NCBI GenBank assembly: GCA_044892505.1
Contig: CM097882.1
Location: forward strand, 433,318,001-433,382,000
From: Schmidtea nova
Lineage: Eukaryota
Direction of reading: 5' to 3'
DNA: 64,000 nucleotides
Part shown: positions 21,874-33,300 of the stretch, piece after piece
Numbering within the stretch: position 1 is the stretch's first letter
How the letters are laid out: each line of letters begins with the position of its first letter
Position numbers and translations under genes: made by a program
Notes under the pieces: generated by a model
What the model saw: only the letters and a program-made list of their open reading frames with translations
Told to the model about the DNA's origin: nothing
Databases searched by the model: none

Positions 21874-24800
21874 CATAATTATCTTTTTTCACCTTTGATC
21901 TTTTTTTATTATTATTATCAATAATTCTCATAATGACTATAGATCAAAATTTTTTTTTATAAACAATAACACAATATTTCGGCACAGCCTTTATCAAGTG
22001 TGTATTTCTTGATAAAGGCTGATAAAGGCTGTGCCGAAATATTGTGTTATTGTTTATAAAAAAAAATTTGATCTATAGTCATNNNNNNNNNNNNNNNNNN
22101 NNNNNNNNNNNNNNNNNNNNNNNNNNNNNNNNNNNNNNNNNNNNNNNNNNNNNNNNNNNNNNNNNNNNNNNNNNNNNNNNNNNNNNNNNNNNNNNNNNNN
22201 NNNNNNNNNNNNNNNNNNNNNNNNNNNNNNNNNNNNNNNNNNNNNNNNNNNNNNNCATCTAGAGGAGGATACAGAAAGATGTGTAGGATCACTTTTGAGC
22301 TTTTGAGATTATTCACTCGTGTAATGAAGAAAATTTATAAAGTCGAAGATTTGTATAAATTGGTGTAAATTTTATTTCATTGTTTTTACTTTATCCTGAC
22401 ACATCCAAGGTGATTAGTTACGCAGCTAGTCAGTTTACACGCGTTCCTCATTATTTGACGAGGCTAGCAGAAGTTGGGTTAAATATTTATTATAAATTTT
22501 GATTAAAGCTTTATTAATTATTTGATTTTTTCAGACCAAATTATTAATAAGATAAAATTAATATTATGAAATTAAAATAAAATACTATTAAATTAATAAT
22601 TAATATTATTAAATATCAAGGTAACAATAATAAATGAAAGTCCTATAGTTACTGTTAGTTGTTTAACCAGATTTTTAATTTCTATGTTGATTTTCAGACA
22701 GTAGGATCATATAGACCAGCGGTTCTCAAACTTTTTACAATTTCCTGCATGGGAGTCCCTTTAAAAATTGTTCGATAGGTCGCGGACCCCTTTAATTAAA
22801 AAGAAAAGTCTAGTGAATAAAACATCGTTTTTCGCGATCCCCTAAGGAACCGCGGACCCCACTTTGAGAACCGCTGATATAGACAATCAAATATTCTGTT
22901 ATACCGTTTGGTTGCTAATTTTTGTTTAGGGTCCTCACCAATATTAAATCGGATAAAAGCTGACATATTGCCTGGTCAATCCAAATGTTGTTTTTTGATT
23001 ATTTTTTAATATTCGCCTAGTATTTTCTATTATTGAGACAAATTAAATTTTTAACTTGCAAAAATTGTCTTTTTCAAGAAATATAAACATTATTTTCCTA
23101 TTAATTAGCTTTATCTCATAATCTTTTAAAATGTCAAATAAGCGCCAATGCCAACTTTAATTTTCCATATACCACACAGGTCAGCCAATTGGAGTTGAAA
23201 CTATCAAGTGTCGAGAATGAATTCCAGGCATATCGGGTTCATCGGGACCTCAATTCAGATAAGCAAGCAAATCTGGAAAAAGAAATCGAAGACCTACGGT
23301 TGGAATTAAAAGATAAAACTCAAAGGCTATTCGAAATGACAAACGAATGCACAAAGTATCAAACTAAAGTCAGCAGTTTGGAAGATCAGTTAGAGAAAAC
23401 CGAAAAAAAACTTTCCAAATTTGAATCGGATGTAAATAATGATTTGAAAGGTTTACTTTACTTTACTTGATTTACCAAAATTGACAGTACAAAACATTGA
23501 ACTCGTCCTTCATGGGATATAACAAGGAGGTAACAGAACTGCGGACTCAGCATTTGAACCAGTCGGATGTCATTGAGAAAACTAAAGCTCAATATGGGAA
23601 GTTTTTCTCTGAATTTAATTTACTGAAAGAGGAAAACAAAAAAGACAAAAAATCAAATTTGATGTTGTCGGCCGACATTGAAAATTTAAAAGTAAATATT
23701 TATTTTGGGATTTATTTTTGTTATTTCTTGTAGTAACAAATCCTCATATCATAAATAGAACATCAACCTCTTTAGAATATATAGACTAGCAATTTCCTTA
23801 AACTTTTTTATATTTTGACGCTCTTCATCCCTGGCAATTGCATTGCAGCCGCTACACTCCAAACTCATATTTAAATTTACACATGGACTTTATTTATAAA
23901 AAACAGATTTATATCTTCCTTAATTTAAAGTATTAAAATAAAATCTTCGTGACAGCTTTGATTCAAATCCGTACAAGAAAGAATTTAGCGAACTATTTTT
24001 TTAAATAAACTTTAAAAATTGAAGTTTCACTAACAGATAACTTATTGTTTCTAATTTTTATATTTTTTTTAATTTTGACTTTTAAATTTTAAAATTTTTC
24101 AATATTTAAATAATGTACTTATTCCAATTGACGTTGACTTAGCGATGAAGACCATACGTATCACACCTTGTAATAGCAAATGATCATCATTAAAAATCCA
24201 TCATCCAGCTTCATCTTTATGCACTATATCTTTAATTATATGCGAAATCATTTTTAATTTTAAAACATGTTTTCTTCATCTAGATCCAACTGAATGGACG
24301 AATTGAGCACCAGAAGCTTCTGCAAGACCAAATAGAAGAACACGAATCTCTGATTACAGAACTACAAAAAGAAATTGTGAAAGAGCGAAAGAAGAACGAA
24401 TTGAGTCAAAGAATGGAATTCGAGAAAAAGCGATCAGTCTTTAGTAAAGAAAACGAAAGTGAAGTATTAACTCAGATGAAGCAGGAATTGGAAATTAAAT
24501 TGAAAGAAGTTGAAAGAACACTTCACTCTAGAAATCAAGAATTGGAGAATTGTCAAAGACAGATTCGCAATTTAACAGAGACATTAATGGACAGAGATAA
24601 TAAAATAAAATTATTTGACAAACGTTTGAAACTTGCTGATAGTGAAATTAATAGCTTGAGAGNNNNNNNNNNNNNNNNNNNNNNNNNNNNNNNNNNNNNN
24701 NNNNNNNNNNNNNNNNNNNNNNNNNNNNNNNNNNNNNNNNNNNNNNNNNNNNNNNNNNNNNNNNNNNNNNNNNNNNNNNNNNNNNNNNNNNNNNNNNNNN

Positions 24801-27287
24801 NNNNNNNNNNNNNNNNNNNNNNNNNNNNNNNNNNNNNNNNNNNNNNNNNNNNNNNNNNNNNNNNNNNNNNNNNNNNNNNNNNNNNNNNNNNNNNNNNNNN
24901 NNNNNNNNNNNNNNNNNNNNNNNNNNNNNNNNNNNNNNNNNNNNNNNNNNNNNNNNNNNNNNNNNNNNNNNNNNGATAATAGTGATAATATATTAGATAT
25001 CAAAAATGGAGTGTATTAGCAGTTCAAGTGAAATACAGACAGATAGGAAATCAGATTATATTGGCGACCTGCAGTCAACAATTGATGAATATAAGAAACA
25101 AATTAGCAATTTGCAATCAAAACTTCAACAGACGCAATCAGAAAAAAGTCAACTTAGAATTACTTGCGAAAATAAAGAGGAAGAANNNNNNNNNNNNNNN
25201 NNNNNNNNNNNNNNNNNNNNNNNNNNNNNNNNNNNNNNNNNNNNNNNNNNNNNNNNNNNNNNNNNNNNNNNNNNNNNNNNNNNNNNNNNNNNNNNNNNNN
25301 NNNNNNNNNNNNNNNNNNNNNNNNNNNNNNNNNNNNNNNNNNNNNNNNNNNNNNNNNNNNNNNNNNNNNNNNNNNNNNNNNNNNNNNNNNNNNNNNNNNN
25401 NNNNNNNNNNNNNNNNNNNNNNNNNNNNNNNNNNNNNNNNNNNNNNNNNNNNNNNNNNNNNNNNNNNNNNNNNNNNNNNNNNNNNNNNNNNNNNNNNNNN
25501 NNNNNNNNNNNNNNNNNNNNNNNNNNNNNNNNNNNNNNNNNNNNNNNNNNNNNNNNNNNNNNNNNNNNNNNNNNNNNNNNNNNNNNNNNNNNNNNNNNNN
25601 NNNNNNNNNNNNNNNNNNNNNNNNNNNNNNNNNNNNNNNNNNNNNNNNNNNNNNNNNNNNNNNNNNNNNNNNNNNNNNNNNNNNNNNNNNNNNNNNNNNN
25701 NNNNNNNNNNNNNNNNNNNNNNNNNNNNNNNNNNNNNNNNNNNNNNNNNNNNNNNNNNNNNNNNNNNNNNNNNNNNNNNNNNNNNNNNNNNNNGACTACA
25801 AAAGAAATATTCTGAGCTCGCATCAAATAAAGACGAATCCATGACAATAGTTAATTGGAAAACAAATTGTCTCGTGGAGGAAAATGAGTCGTTGCATCAA
25901 ACAATAACAAGATTAAAGTTGGAAGTAAAAGAAAGAGATGAGATTCTATTAAAGAATTACGACCAAAAAGTGAAAAACCTTACACAAAGACTGATAAAAT
26001 ATCAAAATGATGAAATTGCAGTCGAGAGCCAGTTGAGACAAATGAAAGTGAGTTATGGAAATATTACCGTTACATGGTAATAATCTCTACCTAGAATGAA
26101 GTACAATACCAGAATGATCAGTTTGTCACCATGAAGCAAAAGTATGACAAAATGTGTTCAGAGAATTCATCATTTCAAGAAGAATTGAAAGAATCGAAAG
26201 AGATAATTGAAAATTTGAAACAAGAAAATGGAGGAATTGTGGAAAATTTTAATTCTTGGATCCAAGAGCAAAAGTGATTTAAACAAAATATTTTTTCGAT
26301 ACATTTGAAAATATGTTGTAGATTGTTCAATGTGATGTCACTAAAAAGAGTTGATAGACGATAATCTTCATTTTTAAGGTTACAAGGCTCTTTCTCTCTC
26401 TTTTCCCCATAACTTATCCATTAACTACATTTTCATCTTTACTTAGTAAACCTTGATAGAAGCATCATTTTCAATCTCAGAACTTAAAAAATATTTTACA
26501 ATTCACATTAACGAAATGTCCTTATTTTTGTTATATATTTCTCTCACTTTTGACCGCCCCTTCAAATGATTTTATGGGACAGTTCTTAAGCCTAACCAGT
26601 ATCATTTCATACAGTTGCTTTATAGTACGCTATGAACAATATCTTCTTGTTATGTCATTTCTATCAATCTCTAAGGAAGATTTTATTTTCTAGTCATTAC
26701 AATTCCAGTGATTATAATTACGAACACTCTTGCCCCTTCATAAGAAGTTACCACAATCATGGTCTCCCTCACACTGGTCGATGCCAAAGGTCTAGGAAAC
26801 TTGTCTATCGAATTTTGTCTAACACAAATCTAGACAATGCAATATAGAAAAGGTCGACAACTGAATGATGTGTTGACTTGAAAAGCAAACATTCAAATAT
26901 CATATTAATATATTTTTAAATTAATTTTCTATTTTAATCACAGTAAAACAACACAGCTAGCAAATACTACTTTTAATAAATTACAAAATATTTTTCAAAT
27001 AAAGAGGAATAATAACTTTCCAATCGGTGGTTTTTCTTTAGTGTAGTAATTTTGTGGCCCGTACTCCTCAATTATTGTCCGAAACATTTCTTTTTTAAAT
27101 TCCAGTAGAGAAAAACTTATAAGATTTTGCATTTTACGCATAATATAGCTGTTATATAAAGACAGATCAAACTTTGGAAAAACTTTGGAAACTTCAAGAA
27201 TAATTCTTTTTGGTTGTAATATTTATTTCGACGAATTTAAGTAAAAACTAAAATGCAGTTACTCCGTTCTGAATATATTTCACTTTA

Positions 27288-27359
<72 letters not shown>

Positions 27360-30300
27360 ACATAAAAGGACATTATGAACCTTTGTATATAGATGCATAG
27401 AAAATATTTTTTTGTCTTTCTTAAAAAATATCATAAAATAACTCTAAAAATAGTAAAATTATTTTTATTGTTTTTCTATATCAGTGAATGAGAACAATTT
27501 TTGATAAGGAGGGTTTTCAACAATTGTCTACCGTATTTAATTTGAAAGAGGAAATCCTGAATGTAAGAGAATAAAATTAAAAATTTCGAAGAGGGTGGGA
27601 CATTCCTCAACAGTATTCATATTTTAGTTTAATTTATAGTTTTTGTTTCACGTGTTGCCTGTTGATATCAAATGTAAGGTGGAATAAATTGGTGTCAAGA
27701 TAATGCGTCATTAATATTCGTGGAATGGCCCATGTGCTTTTTACCTCTGAACTCTAGTTTAGCATAAGTTATCTAATACCGCCATAGAAATAAATCCCGT
27801 CATTTTACTCCCAAGCTTTTATTGAAGTGGCAGTGATGAGAGGTGAAGTCTGCCAATCTACATGTCAACAAACGTTTTCAATAATATTTTATAGACTCGT
27901 AACAGAATATGGTCTTATGTGAAAATTAGATTCCATTACCCTAAATTATATTTTTAACCTATAAATTCTTCTTTATTTTAATTTTGCTGACATGAGTTTC
28001 AAGAATTCTTTTGATGCAGTATCAAGAATAAGAGACAAATGGACAAGAACTATTACTTCCTTTCATCAGTCATTCAAAAAAAGAAGTCAAGATTTTACAA
28101 GTATGTCACGTTCCTAAGGAAGTCTTTGCAAAATTCCAAATAAGGCAAAGTGTTATTGGAGGTTACCTTACACTAGGTGAAATTAAGAAGTCGAGATCAA
28201 AGACAGTTGGAAAGATTTGAGAAAAAATTACAAATCTGTGTTGAAATTAAGTTTTCCCATTTTATCGGGACCTGCAGTGAAACGAAAATATGGAAAGTAT
28301 TTGGAGAGATCCTGTGCCGGAACTAAATTTTCATAGACGTAAATATTATAATATATTACTAGCTGCCAACGACAAAAGATTTTACTACACGCCGCCGGAT
28401 TCGAAAGGAAAAGCAGTCTGTAGCACAAAGAAAGCAGCTTCTAACAACAGCATTCATTCATAAAAGTGAAAAATAAGTTTGAAACCTAACGCTTTAGGTA
28501 TTCCCAAAAAATGACAGCGAGGAGAGTAAAATTTCTATATCTAAAGCAGAAGGTGAATCACGTGACAGATGTGCATTGTCGGAGACAGCAGCCAAGCGCA
28601 GGGTATATACCACACTTCTTCGAGCGCACGAAAGTCGTTGCTAAACAGTCTTTTTATGCATTACCCTCGTAAATTTTGGTACTTGAATCTAGAGCACAAT
28701 TAGCAGAAATATGTAGTTTCACCTGTGAAAAATGGTGTGATGTTTGGTTTTATAGTCATCTTTCAATGAAAGCGAAATTAAAACGTGAAGTTTAAAAAAT
28801 AAATTTACGATATTTACTACTATTAGAATTGCTGAGGTTCCGAGAATCTCAACTTGATGGTTCGTATATAAATAAAAACAAAACTGGTTCTTTAAAATTT
28901 TATTTAAATTATAACAATTTAAAATTTGAGAAAAATAACAATTACCTCAAAAATATAATAATTTTTATTTATTTTATATGTATATTTATTTATATGTTAT
29001 ATTTATTTATTCTATATATTATGGAATTTACTTCATTTTATTCATATAATAAAAATAAAGTCCTTACAATGAGAATTTATTAATTCTATACCCAGAGCCA
29101 TTGGAAGCCTTACATGGCAAATTATACACCAGATTTTTTGTGAACTTTAAGACCCAAAGAAATTGCATGAATAGGTACCTTAACAGGTTTTTATTATTTA
29201 GTTATAAATTTCTAAATACTGTTTACAAAAGTAAAAATGGAAAATTGTCTAGTAAGGATAATTAATTATTAAATCTAACCTTTGAAAATTCCCTAAAATT
29301 CGGAATAAATAGACAATTCGAAAAAATAAATTTCCTGTGTTTATGAATTGAAATAGCAAAGTTTCGAATTGTAAATAATTATTGTTATTCGATTTCAATT
29401 GATCTCTCCAGTGCAATCAATATTTATGAAAGTGCTTTTCAAATAATTATTTTCAAAGCATATTTTTTTAAAATTTGTAATGAGAAAATATTATGGTAAT
29501 AATACAAATATTAATAATAATGATAATAATAATAACAACAATAGTAATAATAATAATAGTTTTAAAACTAAAATAATTAAAACAATTATAGTAAAAATAT
29601 TTGTTCCCTTTAAACAAAAGTACCAGTAAATAACAGGTCAGATAAAGATGAGATAAATTGTTATATAAATCACAAAACTGAAAGCATTTGTCACACAAAT
29701 AGGATTATCAAACGATACAATAGATTGTTATCTGAATCACATATTTTCATCGGGGGAGATATAATTAGTTGATGTATTAATATGTATATTAAGCCTATAT
29801 CTATTTGTCCCTATGCTATAGTCTTCATCTAACTGAAATGTTTCTACCTTTTTCCCTGTATCTAACAGAATGTTATTCATGTGTCGGGAATTGTGTAAGA
29901 TGCATTATGTGTGACAGCTGTTTCTTGTATTTTGATATAGTTTGCATATTTTAATGAATGAGTCAAGGTGGATTGGAAGCAATAGGGTTAAAACGAAGAA
30001 AATATAAGAACTAAGCTATATATGTAAAAAATACTATTCTGGTATAATTAAAACTGCATTGGGGGACCTTTCTTTTCAAGGCGCAACACTTGTTTTTCCA
30101 TTTCCCGTGTTTTCTGCAAAACTTCATTGATCTTTGATGTATCATCTAAAACATTTTTCAAAATGATCAAAATTCATCACCCTGATGTGTGTATGTATAA
30201 TTGTATATTTATAAATGTAAAATTTAAATCAAGAAATGATAAAATAAAATGTAAATAAAAATGGTAAAAAGTAAAATAAAAGTTATAATTAAAATTATTT

Positions 30301-33300
30301 GATATGAAATTTGATGTTAATTTCAAAAATAATAAAATTTTTATAAAAGATTAACAATGAAATAAATTAAAATGTTTGAGATAAAATTTGATGATTTCAA
30401 TTTATCATTAAATCTCCTATTTTGATCTTTTCCTTCCTATTTCAAAAATGTGCATTTTGAAAAGAGATCGAATTTTTTACAAGTATAAGAATTTTCGGCA
30501 CAGTCCTTTTCAAGTGTATATTTGAAAACAAATTTAAAAAGACTGTCTTGAAAATTTGTGTTTTTAAAAAAAAAATTTTTATTTTCTTTATAAAAAATGA
30601 TGATTTAATTTATTTCAATGCTGATGATATAATTACTATTAATATCGGAGGAGGGGGAATAATATTCCTGAAAAAATAAATTTCTTTAATCTTAGTTCAA
30701 ACTCTGATGTTGGATTCAAGAACCAAACTATTAAAAAAAGCAAAAATAACAAAATTCTTTAAATTACATTAAATATATTTTCATTTAGAGCAGCCAATGA
30801 AAAATTAGGAGATAAAATACGAGAACAAAATAGAACAATACAAGAGTTAAAAAANNNNNNNNNNNNNNNNNNNNNNNNNNNNNNNNNNNNNNNNNNNNNN
30901 NNNNNNNNNNNNNNNNNNNNNNNNNNNNNNNNNNNNNNNNNNNNNNNNNNNNNNNNNNNNNNNNNNNNNNNNNNNNNNNNNNNNNNNNNNNNNNNNNNNN
31001 NNNNNNNNNNNNNNNNNNNNNNNNNNNNNNNNNNNNNNNNNNNNNNNNNNNNNNACCTTTGATCTTTTTTTATTATTATTATCAATAATTCTCATAATGA
31101 CTATAGATCAAAATTTTTTTTTATAAACAATAACACAATATTTCGGCACAGCCTTTATCAAGTGTGTATTTCTATCGTTATATTTACTTAATCCTAAATA
31201 GTAGCCTTAATTATTTTTTTAATATTTTATAATGATTTTATTGGATGAAAAAATTTATTTTAATTTTTTTGTGCGAATTGAATGTTGATGGAAAATACAA
31301 AAAAAAATACAAACCGTCCATCAACATTCAATTCGCACAAAAAAATTAAAATGAATTTTTTCATCCAATAAAATCATTATAAAATATTAAAAAAATAATT
31401 AAGGCTACTATTTAGGATTAAGTAAATATAACGATAGAAATACACACTTGATAAAGGCTGTGCCGAAATATTGTGTTATTGTTTATAAAAAAAATTTGAT
31501 CTATAGTNNNNNNNNNNNNNNNNNNNNNNNNNNNNNNNNNNNNNNNNNNNNNNNNNNNNNNNNNNNNNNNNNNNNNNNNNNNNNNNNNNNNNNNNNNNNN
31601 NNNNNNNNNNNNNNNNNNNNNNNNNNNNNNNNNNNNNNNNNNNNNNNNNNNNNNNNNNNNNNNNNNNNNNNNNNNNNNNNNNNNNNNNNNNNNNNNNNNN
31701 NNNNNNNNNNNNNNNNNNNNNNNNNNNNNNNNNNNNNNNNNNNNNNNNNNNNNNNNNNNNNNNNNNNNNNNNNNNNNNNNNNNNNNNNNNNNNNNNNNNN
31801 NNNNNNNNNNNNNNATTTTAGTAATCTAGAAAGGGAAAAAGTAATATTAATTCACGAAATTCATGAGAATGGAAGGACAACCTCACAAATTGATTCAGCC
31901 AGTTCATGGGAAAGTGATTTATTTAAAGAGAAAAACAACTTAATTGAAAATTTACAAACAAAAATCAGAGAACAAATAAATGAAATTGTCCATTTGAAAG
32001 AAAGGATTCTAACTCTGGAATTATGCCAAAATACGGGAACTAATAAACCGGAACTGGCAGAATTGTCTGCCGAATCATATCGAACGTATAATGAAGGTCA
32101 GAAAGAAAGAAAATCAATAATAAAGGGGCAATTGGGATCTTCAAAATCATTATCAGGGAGCTCCTATGTAAGATATATTTTTAGTATGTAGTTATATATT
32201 TAGTATATATTGTTATCTTAATATTATCCTTATTATCACACACACAATAAATATAAAATACCACTGTCTGTCCGTTCATCCGACCATCCAACAAATATTA
32301 TTATAAATAATTCTATTAAATAGTGTATTTAATATTGATTAATTTTAATCATTTAGGGTGAGGGGTTCGCAGAAATGTGAATTTTTATAATTACATAATA
32401 ATTTATAATCTGATACATTTACATATATGTAGTTACGAAAATGAGCCCGTAATCGCTTACATGATATTATATAACGTAATCGATGGTGTAATAATGTAAG
32501 TTGTATTCTATTTTATTTTATTTTAATTTTATAAATATTTCTATTTTTTCATTTTTCAAATTTTTTCAATAAATTGGGAAAAAAACAGTGAATTTTAAAA
32601 GTCAGTTCTCAGGGGACAAATTCTCACGTAAAAAGGATTGACTCATACAATTTCCAAAAATGACTCGAAATTAAATTTTTTAAATGATAACCTATTAAGA
32701 ATTGAGTTACAAATAAGAATACATAAAAAACTCACAACATGAAAAACTGTTCTCTGACAAACGTATACATTGCTGACTCTCACAATTTTTAAATGAAAAC
32801 AAAGTCACCGGTTACATTTCAAACAAACAAGAAACGAAAACGTCAAAATAATCAGTAAAAATTACATTACAGCATCGATTACGTAATATAAATAACATGT
32901 AATTGATTACGAGATCATTTACGTACTATACATATGTAATTATATATGATTATAAAGTATTATGTAATGTATTCAGTATTATGTAACTATAAACAATGAC
33001 ATAATTTCTGCAAACTCTTCACCTTAAAAATCTTTTTGGGTGGAGGGGGCTAAATTGTATAACTGGCTTGTGCAAGAGCGATTACTTCCCTCTACTAATT
33101 GTAAAGTTTTTTAGATCAATTATGTACCTATTTCTTTGATTAATTTATAAATATTTAAATCACAATAATTATTTTAAAAACCAAATTTAAGTTTTAATTT
33201 AATTCATTCATTTGTATTTTTAGTATGAGTGTCATTTATTTGATATTTATTATCTTTTTTAATTATTTATTATTTTTTATTGTCATTCATGTAATATCAT

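Noticed and set aside
23451-23456. Alternative donor GTTTAC for the 23180 exon
   Set aside because: It gives phase 1 and an early stop in the next exon; GTAAAT at 23432 keeps the frame.
27950-28630. Possible Gypsy pol remnant ([14 protein letters not shown])
   Set aside because: Only one weak RNase H-like peptide; no continuous frame.
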